Below, in pieces: positions 28,661 to 35,271 of a stretch of 64,000 nt of DNA. A model generated the notes under the pieces. That model had not been told where the DNA came from and did not search any database. It was given only the letters and a program-made list of their open reading frames with translations. The first letter of the stretch is position 1. Every line of letters starts with the position of its first letter. The stretch comes from a virus (Duplodnaviria > Caudoviricetes): the IMG/VR virus record IMGVR_UViG_3300037249_001405, positions 64,001 to 128,000 of that record. One strand, written 5' to 3'. A program made the translations under genes and the position numbers.

Positions 28661-29162
28661 AGAGGAAAAGATCAAGGAACTAGAGGCAGAAATGAACGAG
28701 CACTATGACAAGGCCTGGAGTTTACGCGATAAAATTGAAAAGCTTAGATTAAGTGATATTAATTTTGAGGGTAAATTCGTAGCTAGATCTGATGGTTATG
28801 GTGCCCCATTTAACGATTTTATGATAGTAAGTAGTCAACAGCTTACTGAAGTAAGAGGTAAAAAAGAGGTTTGTTTAACCGGTTTAGCATTCTATATGAT
28901 GGATGGCGGTTATACGGACAGTATTGATCTATTCTTTAGAGGCGAGCATACCTGGTGGATTCCTCTGGAAGATATTCTTGACCTAGAAACCAATAAAAAG
29001 TTGAAAGAAATTGATAAAGAGACTTATTTAAAGGCTGTAGGTGAGTATATAAAATCCATTCCAGCTTTCATAGATAAATGGATTAACGTTTACATTAAAA
29101 ATTACGTAGAAAATGACGGAGGAGAATCTAGCCAAACTGAAGGAAAAGCTTCAAGCTTGTAA
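28653..29162 (+). CDS. Hypothetical protein (tandem paralog A)
   Basis: INFEGK...DFMIV...VCLTGLAFY...FFRG..TWW. Confidence 0.8.
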   Translation: MTKEEKIKELEAEMNEHYDKAWSLRDKIEKLRLSDINFEGKFVARSDGYGAPFNDFMIVSSQQLTEVRGKKEVCLTGLAFYMMDGGYTDSIDLFFRGEHTWWIPLEDILDLETNKKLKEIDKETYLKAVGEYIKSIPAFIDKWINVYIKNYVENDGGESSQTEGKASSL

Positions 29163-29556
29163 TGAACAAGCTGCTCGTTTAAAAGCTGATATAGAAAAGA
29201 ATGAGCTAAAAGGAATTAATTATGAGGGTAAGATTCTTTTTAGAAAAGATGGTACTGGAAATGATTATATGATCGTGAAACGCCAATGTAAAGATGGCGA
29301 TAAAGTTTGTCTTTCTGGTTTAAACTTCTATATTAATAATTCCACAAAAGAATTAGAAAGTGCTGAGGTATTTTTTAAAGGGTGGATGACTTGGTGGTAT
29401 GATCTAAACGAATTTCTTAATCTAGAAAAAGATAAAAATCATAAAGTTTTAGATAAAATAACTTTTATGAGTGAAATAAAGGGGTATCTAAAAACCCTTG
29501 AAATCTTTATAAATGATTGGATTGAAAGATTTATTTCAGAAAATGAAATAAATTAA
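29113..29556 (+). CDS. Hypothetical protein (tandem paralog B)
   Basis: INYEGK...DYMIV...VCLSGLNFY...FFKG..TWW. Confidence 0.8.
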   Translation: MTEENLAKLKEKLQACNEQAARLKADIEKNELKGINYEGKILFRKDGTGNDYMIVKRQCKDGDKVCLSGLNFYINNSTKELESAEVFFKGWMTWWYDLNEFLNLEKDKNHKVLDKITFMSEIKGYLKTLEIFINDWIERFISENEIN

Positions 29557-29595
29557 TCTAATCATTTCTAGATCATATTAACGATTTCTGTTAAT

Positions 29596-29667
29596 TGACC
29601 TGTGGTGTAACGGTTAGCACCCGAGATTTTGGTTCTCGTAGTGGGGGTTCGAATCCCTCCAGGTCAA
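29596..29667 (+). tRNA. trnQ: tRNA-Gln(TTG)
   Basis: CGAGA-TTTTGGT-TCTCG. Confidence 0.95.
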
Positions 29668-29679
29668 CGCTTACCGTGA

Positions 29680-29828
29680 GGCTGCGTAGCGCAATTTGGA
29701 TTAGCTTGAGGGATAAAAGTTAATCTGGAGGCCTCCAAACGAATGGTATAGTGGATGCTATACCGCCTGCTAGTATGAAGTAGGTTGTAGTCATCAGTCC
29801 CAAGAATCCGAGATCATACTATCGGGTT
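29680..29828 (+). ncRNA. Putative multibranch RNA with loop-loop complementarity
   Basis: Closing GGCTGCG/TGTAGTC, three internal hairpins, loop AGTATGA complementary to TCATACT in downstream hairpin loop. Confidence 0.6.
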
Positions 29829-29842
29829 CATTTAAAATATAA

Positions 29843-29916
29843 TCTGTTATAGCTCAGTGGATAGAGCGACTCTCAATTACTGAGAGAAGACGTGGACTCA
29901 ATCTCCTCTAACAGAA
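29843..29916 (+). pseudogene. Degenerate tRNA-like element (nominal anticodon TTA)
   Basis: Acceptor TCTGTTA/TAACAGA and canonical D arm, but non-canonical anticodon loop (AATTACT) and T loop (CTCAATC). Confidence 0.6.
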
Positions 29917-29926
29917 CAAATAAATT

Positions 29927-30000
29927 GCCGATGTAGCTCAGCTGGCCAGAGCGGCTGATTTGTAATCAGCGGGTCGTGGGTTCGAATCCCTCCGTCGGCT
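29927..30000 (+). tRNA. trnT: tRNA-Thr(TGT)
   Basis: GCTGA-TTTGTAA-TCAGC. Confidence 0.95.
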
Positions 30001-30041
30001 CTTTCAATACATTTTTTAACAATTAATAAAAACATATACAT

Positions 30042-30116
30042 GACAGGGTGGCTGAGAGGCCCAAAGCAACGGTCTGCAAAACCGTACAACCGTGGGTTCG
30101 AATCCCACCCCTGTCT
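30042..30116 (+). tRNA. trnC: tRNA-Cys(GCA)
   Basis: ACGGT-CTGCAAA-ACCGT. Confidence 0.95.
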
Positions 30117-30124
30117 CATTTATA

Positions 30125-30337
30125 AATCACTACAAGTGGGTTTGTCATACCCTGCAATTATCTCTTCCCTAATAAGCCAGTTCTCAAATTCTAGAAAAGT
30201 ATGCTAGCGCATACATCGGGCTATGGGGGAGTCTTCTCATAAGCTAAATAGAAACTGCAGAAATTCTATTTAGTGAAACAGGAGAACAGTAAGGTCATAG
30301 GTAAAGAGAATACAGTATGATCTAAGAAGTAGTGATT
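30125..30337 (+). ncRNA. Putative ~210-nt rod-shaped structured RNA
   Basis: Nested pairs AATCACTAC/GTAGTGATT, TCATAC/GTATGA, TCTCTT/AAGAGA, GTTCTC/GAGAAC ending in three hairpins. Confidence 0.6.
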
Positions 30338-30354
30338 TTTTAGGAAATAAAAAC

Positions 30355-30428
<74 letters not shown>

Positions 30429-30441
30429 CGAATATTAAAAC

Positions 30442-30515
30442 GGGAATGTAGCTCAGTTGGTTAGAGCAATTGACTGTTAATCAATAGGCCGTGGGTTCGA
30501 ATCCCTCCTTTCCCG
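30442..30515 (+). tRNA. trnN: tRNA-Asn(GTT)
   Basis: ATTGA-CTGTTAA-TCAAT. Confidence 0.93.
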
Positions 30516-30549
30516 CAAAATTCTAATTTATAAAGGTGAAGCTCTTAAT

Positions 30550-30634
30550 GGGGAAGCGGCTACGATGGTGGAGTGGCGGCGGTCTGTAAAACCGTTACAT
30601 TGATACGCAGTAGGTTCGAATCCTACCTTCCCCA
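30550..30634 (+). tRNA. trnY: tRNA-Tyr(GTA)
   Basis: GCGGT-CTGTAAA-ACCGT, long variable arm. Confidence 0.93.
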
Positions 30635-30671
30635 CACATAATGTGTGATTTGTTTTATAATTTTTTGGTAA

Positions 30672-30744
30672 GCGCCAGTAACTCAGTTGGCTAGAGTACG
30701 AACTTTTAATATCGGAGTCCCGAGTTCGAATCTCGGCTGGCGCA
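30672..30744 (+). tRNA. trnK: tRNA-Lys(TTT), irregular anticodon stem
   Basis: Loop CTTTTAA; stem CGAA/TATCG pairs only with a bulge. Confidence 0.85.
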
Positions 30745-30761
30745 CTTTTTTATTTATTTTT

Positions 30762-30849
30762 GGAGGGTTGGCAGAGTGGACGAATGCAGCGGTTTGCTAA
30801 ACCGTCGACCGCGAAGAGCGGTCCACAGGTTCGAATCCTGTACCCTCCG
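30762..30849 (+). tRNA. trnS: tRNA-Ser(GCT)
   Basis: GCGGT-TTGCTAA-ACCGT, long variable arm. Confidence 0.95.
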
Positions 30850-30880
30850 CAAAAATTAATTAACTAAAAACACAAACAAA

Positions 30881-31075
30881 ATGACACAGGAAGAAAAATT
30901 GTTACTTGCTCTCTTGGGCGCTATGGCTCCCAAGAAGAAAACATTTTTCGACCACGTAGATACTGTGGTCGATAAGTGCGAGAATGCTATAACTAGCATT
31001 CCAGACAAATGCTCAAATGTAGCAGACAAGATCGAAGATACGGTAGATGATATCGTAGACTTCTTCACAATTTAG
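30881..31075 (+). CDS. Small acidic protein within tRNA cluster
   Basis: 64 aa, A-rich leader, repeated DK motif. Confidence 0.6.
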   Translation: MTQEEKLLLALLGAMAPKKKTFFDHVDTVVDKCENAITSIPDKCSNVADKIEDTVDDIVDFFTI

Positions 31076-31088
31076 GCACATCTTTACA

Positions 31089-31161
31089 GGGCCCGTACCT
31101 CAATGGTCAGAGGGACTGACTCATAATCAGGCGGCTACAGGTTCAAGTCCTGTCGGGCCCA
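31089..31161 (+). tRNA. tRNA(CAT), probably Ile2
   Basis: GGGCCCG acceptor, ACTGA-CTCATAA-TCAG typical of Ile2-type CAT tRNAs. Confidence 0.85.
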
Positions 31162-31167
31162 CAAAAG

Positions 31168-31277
31168 ACACACTTGTTGATGCGTAATCCGAAAGGAGAT
31201 AAACATCCGGGGGTTCGAATCCCTCTCCTGCCTGAATGGGCAGGTTGGCAGAGCGGTTGATTGCAATGCAGGTGTGT
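31168..31277 (+). ncRNA. Circularly permuted tRNA-Ser-like RNA (YrlA/Y-RNA-like topology)
   Basis: Order: variable arm, T arm GGGGG-TTCGAAT-CCCTC, acceptor closed by loop CCTGCCT-GAAT-GGGCAGG, D arm, terminal stem ACACACTTG/CAGGTGTGT. Confidence 0.8.
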
Positions 31278-31298
31278 ATTTTTCAATGAAATTTTAAA

Positions 31299-31379
31299 GT
31301 GTATACAAGAGACGCAGGAGTTGTAACCCACCCGATAGCCTGGGTAGCTCAGATTTCATTAAAGAGCGCTTGTATATGC
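31299..31379 (+). ncRNA. Second, more degenerate permuted tRNA-like RNA
   Basis: 11-bp terminal stem GTGTATACAAG/CTTGTATATGC, closed hairpin ACCCG/TGGGT, then AGCTC...GAGCG D arm. Confidence 0.55.
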
Positions 31380-31502
31380 GTATGTAAGGAGTAATATGTT
31401 CTCTAGCGGAAGGCAAAGGCGATGATGGGGCTATTATGGAATCACCTTACTAAAAATATTTTAGGTTATTTGGACCAAGAAACCACCTTTCTTGGTCAAT
31501 TT

Positions 31503-31576
31503 GGGTCCGGTAGCTCAGCTGGTAGAGCGTCTGATTGAAGATCAGAAGGTCACTGGTTCAAATCCAGTCCGACCCA
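31503..31576 (+). tRNA. trnF: tRNA-Phe(GAA), acceptor stem with one bulge
   Basis: TCTGA-TTGAAGA-TCAGA. Confidence 0.88.
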
Positions 31577-31662
31577 CTTTTCGTTTTATACTACTAGGTT
31601 ATATAGTTTGTCAGGATTGGGGGACTATATGTAATTACTTCTCCGGAGAGTCCCTAGTAATT

Positions 31663-31735
31663 GGGGAGGTAGCACTGGTGGTCAGTGCACTGGACTGAAA
31701 ATCCAGCCAAGAAGGTTCGACTCCTTCCCTTCCCA
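31663..31735 (+). tRNA. trnF: tRNA-Phe(GAA)
   Basis: CTGGA-CTGAAAA-TCCAG. Confidence 0.93.
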
Positions 31736-31854
31736 CAATTAATTACTAATCATTAATGATTAGTAATTTTTTTTTGCTCATGAAATATGTTGTTATGAAA
31801 ATAAAAACCTAAATAAGTGATTAAATTTTACTCACATTAGTGAATAAGATTACT

Positions 31855-32121
31855 ATGAATGAAATTAATAATTAGATTACAAAAGCCGGTAAAATTCTTA
31901 CGAAAGATGAAATAGTATTATTTTTCGTTGGTTATATCGTCTTGAATTATATTAAAGATAGAGGGATTAACGTAATGGAAACTATAGCTTTATATTTTAA
32001 AGCAATTAAATCTGTCTTTGAAGAAGGAGGACTGAATGCTTGGTTATTACTGATATTCTTTGGATTAGTAATAGGCCTTGCTGTTTGGTTTTTAATTTGG
32101 CTCTTCTTTAAGAAAGATTAA
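31855..32121 (+). pseudogene. Membrane-protein ORF interrupted by in-frame TAG at codon 7
   Basis: MNEINN*ITKAGKILTKDEIVLFFVGYIVL...LAVWFLIWLFFKKD*; promoter motif at ~31804. Confidence 0.5.
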
Positions 32122-32322
32122 AGATAAACAAATACTTGATAGCCCGAGGAAGTCTGGGAATTCGGGGTAATAGAGCAGTCAAGTGGAATGACATAGTGAC
32201 TAAATTGAAGTGCCAGTTTTTAGAATTGGATATACCAGATGATAGCGAAGGTCACTCGATTCTTGAATAAATTATCAAGTATTAGTTTTTTAAATAAAAC
32301 ACACTATAAAATTAAAATAATT

Positions 32323-32502
32323 ATGGTATATACATCGGTATATCAAGCCTCTCAAAATCTAAACAATGTAATAAAAGATATTTTGAGCAGCGGTTACCCT
32401 ATCTATCTCACTGTAAATGGGAATGAGGTAACTTTAAACAATAAAAATACAAAAATAGAGGTCGGAAGTGAAGAAGACCTTGAAATTAACATAAAAGAGT
32501 AA
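32323..32502 (+). CDS. Small hypothetical protein
   Basis: Start adjusted to MVYTSV. Confidence 0.6.
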   Translation: MVYTSVYQASQNLNNVIKDILSSGYPIYLTVNGNEVTLNNKNTKIEVGSEEDLEINIKE

Positions 32503-32515
32503 AAAAAAATACAAT

Positions 32516-33226
32516 GACGTGCTGGTAAGGGAAAGATCTAAAAAATCCAACCCCAAATACGGCATCTTGAATTAACGGAATGTGGGTACGGCCTGGCGTA
32601 GGCTCCTTTATAAAAGCTGTACACTAAGACCTGACGGGGTAACTAATAAATCAAATATATGTAGACTTATCTCTCACACCTAGTGCAGGGTAGCGTGAGA
32701 ACTTATCTAGTCTCCGTGAGAATGTAAGTCCCAGCCCTACACTGGAGTGGAGCTGTTCTATAACCCGGGTTATAGGTGATATTACTAATCACGTAAGTTG
32801 ATTTTTTATTATTTCGGAGATCTCAATAAATTTATGACTAAATATAATCTCGAAAGGGTTTCCAACAATCTCAAAAAAGATTGTAAGTGAATAAAAGGCG
32901 ATGTCGGTTGTAATTAATCATGCCGAGATACCCCATTTTGAATCCAGGAGAATAAGAGATTGTATTGTATTGATCATAATAAGTTCAGTAGAGTCTATAA
33001 AGCTCGAGATTACTTGCTGATTATTGAGATTCGTGTCTATTTCGCTTACTCGTGTAGTTAGTGAAAGTCACTTATTCAGTAAAAGTGTCGGGTGGCTATC
33101 ACGGTAAATAACAGGTCCTAAATGGAATGTCTGATACCGATAAAAAATAAAGGAAAGTTATTTGCGCGATTACCCCTTTATTTGGTAGTCCCTGTATTTG
33201 GTGCTAATAACACATATCAGCATGTC
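32516..33226 (+). ncRNA. Large (~710 nt) structured ncRNA of uncertain class
   Basis: ORF-free; 12-bp terminal helix GACGTGCTGGTA/TATCAGCATGTC, further long-range helices; abuts tRNA-Arg. Confidence 0.75.
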
Positions 33227-33244
33227 TGCGTATTTATTATAAAA

Positions 33245-33318
33245 GGTCCCTTAGCTCAGCTGGATAGAGCAACAGCCTTCTAAGCTGTGGGTCGAAGGTT
33301 CGAATCCTTCAGGGATCA
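33245..33318 (+). tRNA. trnR: tRNA-Arg(TCT)
   Basis: ACAGC-CTTCTAA-GCTGT. Confidence 0.95.
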
Positions 33319-33398
33319 CTAGGATTGTCATTTTTTGCTAGAAGCATGAATCATTTTTGTCATGCTTCTAGTTTTTATTTTTACACACAATTAATATT

Positions 33399-35225
33399 AT
33401 GGAAAATAATCAAAATCAATTAAATCTATTTCAAAAGTTATTCGGTATTTTTATGTCTGGTGTTAATAGCCGTATACCAATTAGAAGTAATATTTATAAT
33501 AGAAAAGGTTATTCAGCTATTGGCTCTACCGGTAATAAATTATTTGAGGTAGATAGAAAGTCACCGTTATTAGGTAATGCTAATGCATCTAATTTAATTT
33601 CGGGTTATTATGAAAGGGTACTTGAATTGAAGGGTTATCAATTGCTTGATATAACGAAGTTAGCTACAAACTTCTTTTCTGATTATATCGTGAACTTTTT
33701 ATCTGATGAAGGTGGTGGTAGTCAGATTGTTTCTATTATGAACGAAGATGGTACTAATAACCAGCAAGTAACTGATCGTATCAATCAAATTTTAACAAAA
33801 GATATTAAAATATTTGATTATATTAGAAATCATATACAGGATTTTGTATTCTATGGCCAATACTATTCTATGCTTGTTTCAAGTAGAGATGAGACCGGAC
33901 ACACAAAGTTTAGAATAGAAGAGTTGGTTGACCCTGTATCTGTTATTCAGAAGAAAAAAAGAAAAACGGATGGAAGTGGTGAGATGGAAGAGTTATATTT
34001 AGCTAAGGGTGAAGGTGGTATTATTGTAGAAATACCTAAGAAAGAAATCATATATTTAGCTAACCATGATCTTCGACTCTTGAATGACCTCGCAGACAAA
34101 GTGGAGTATAATAGTGGTCTTAGAGCGAGAAAAGATAAGAATGATCCACTGACTAGCTTCTTGAAACCGGAGTCTAGTAACGGTAAACCTAAACACTATA
34201 CTCCTAATTTTCAAGACAATAAGAAGATTATTTTAAAGGATGGAGTATCAGTAATAGATCCAAAAGAAGGTAAAGCCAATAGAGACAGAGTACTCATCAA
34301 AGAATCCTATACTACATCAGAGCCACTATTCTACTCTTTACTATTGAAGGTAAAGGAGTTAGTTATTAAGGAGTTGCTAGTATCGTTGATTTCTTTACGT
34401 GATTTGTCTAGTGTTCAGATATTCTTGTTACAATTTGATAAGAATATTCCTCTAGAAGCTGCAACTGAACTCTGTAAAAGGGCAGCTAAATTGACTAATA
34501 ATACAAATGATTTAGCTAGTTTCTTGACATCTCAGTTTGATGTTATATCATTTATTGAGAATACTTTAACTCAAGGTACTAAATTTGTACCTGATTACGG
34601 CGGATCTTTATCTGCAAAAAACCCTATGCTTCCGCTTGATAAGTTAAGTGACAAGTATATAGAAATTATGCAAACATTGGATCAATGTAGGGCAGCTATA
34701 TTAGGTCCACTAGGTTTGCCTGTTACGTTAACAGATTCTACATCTGGCTCAAAATGGCAAGTATTGCAGCAATCTGAACGTGCTAATTCAAGAGTTGCTA
34801 GTTTCTTAGATGGTATAAAGAGTTCTGTTACTGATTTAATATGTAATCTTTATGAAATCATTTACTCAGATAAATTAGATCCTAGTTTAGTTAAGTTACA
34901 TATTAGTGAAAAGACTTCAGTTGAATATAACAACCAGATTAACCAATCAGAATCTATTAACGGTCTTCTTCAGAGCATTAATAATATCCTTCAGGGAGCA
35001 TTACAAATGCTTGATATGGGAGCTCCTTATCTTGATCCAAAGAATTATCTGACTTACATTCAGAATTTGATTAGAGATATTGACCCGAATACGGAGAGTA
35101 TAATTAATGAAAAATCTATTGAACTATACTTGCAAGTGGTTAATGCTAAACTTGCTCAACAGTTTGAACAGTATGGACTAGATCCTTCAATACTTCAACA
35201 AGACGATAATCAACAACAGCAATAA
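33399..35225 (+). CDS. Possible portal protein
   Basis: 608 aa; helical layout with FVFYGQYY and ILGPLGLPVTL segments reminiscent of portal folds; weak by-eye match. Confidence 0.45.
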   Translation: MENNQNQLNLFQKLFGIFMSGVNSRIPIRSNIYNRKGYSAIGSTGNKLFEVDRKSPLLGNANASNLISGYYERVLELKGYQLLDITKLATNFFSDYIVNFLSDEGGGSQIVSIMNEDGTNNQQVTDRINQILTKDIKIFDYIRNHIQDFVFYGQYYSMLVSSRDETGHTKFRIEELVDPVSVIQKKKRKTDGSGEMEELYLAKGEGGIIVEIPKKEIIYLANHDLRLLNDLADKVEYNSGLRARKDKNDPLTSFLKPESSNGKPKHYTPNFQDNKKIILKDGVSVIDPKEGKANRDRVLIKESYTTSEPLFYSLLLKVKELVIKELLVSLISLRDLSSVQIFLLQFDKNIPLEAATELCKRAAKLTNNTNDLASFLTSQFDVISFIENTLTQGTKFVPDYGGSLSAKNPMLPLDKLSDKYIEIMQTLDQCRAAILGPLGLPVTLTDSTSGSKWQVLQQSERANSRVASFLDGIKSSVTDLICNLYEIIYSDKLDPSLVKLHISEKTSVEYNNQINQSESINGLLQSINNILQGALQMLDMGAPYLDPKNYLTYIQNLIRDIDPNTESIINEKSIELYLQVVNAKLAQQFEQYGLDPSILQQDDNQQQQ

Positions 35226-35271
35226 AAAAAGAATTAGATAAGATTTAAATCTTATCTAATTCTTTTAATTT

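Noticed and set aside
29843-29916. Functional ochre suppressor tRNA
   Set aside because: Lacks U33, purine 37 and a canonical T loop; TAA is the dominant stop codon
32516-33226. Group I intron or RNase P identity for the 710-nt RNA
   Set aside because: No interrupted host gene, no ordered P/Q/R/S core and no GAGGAAAGUCC/P4 motif
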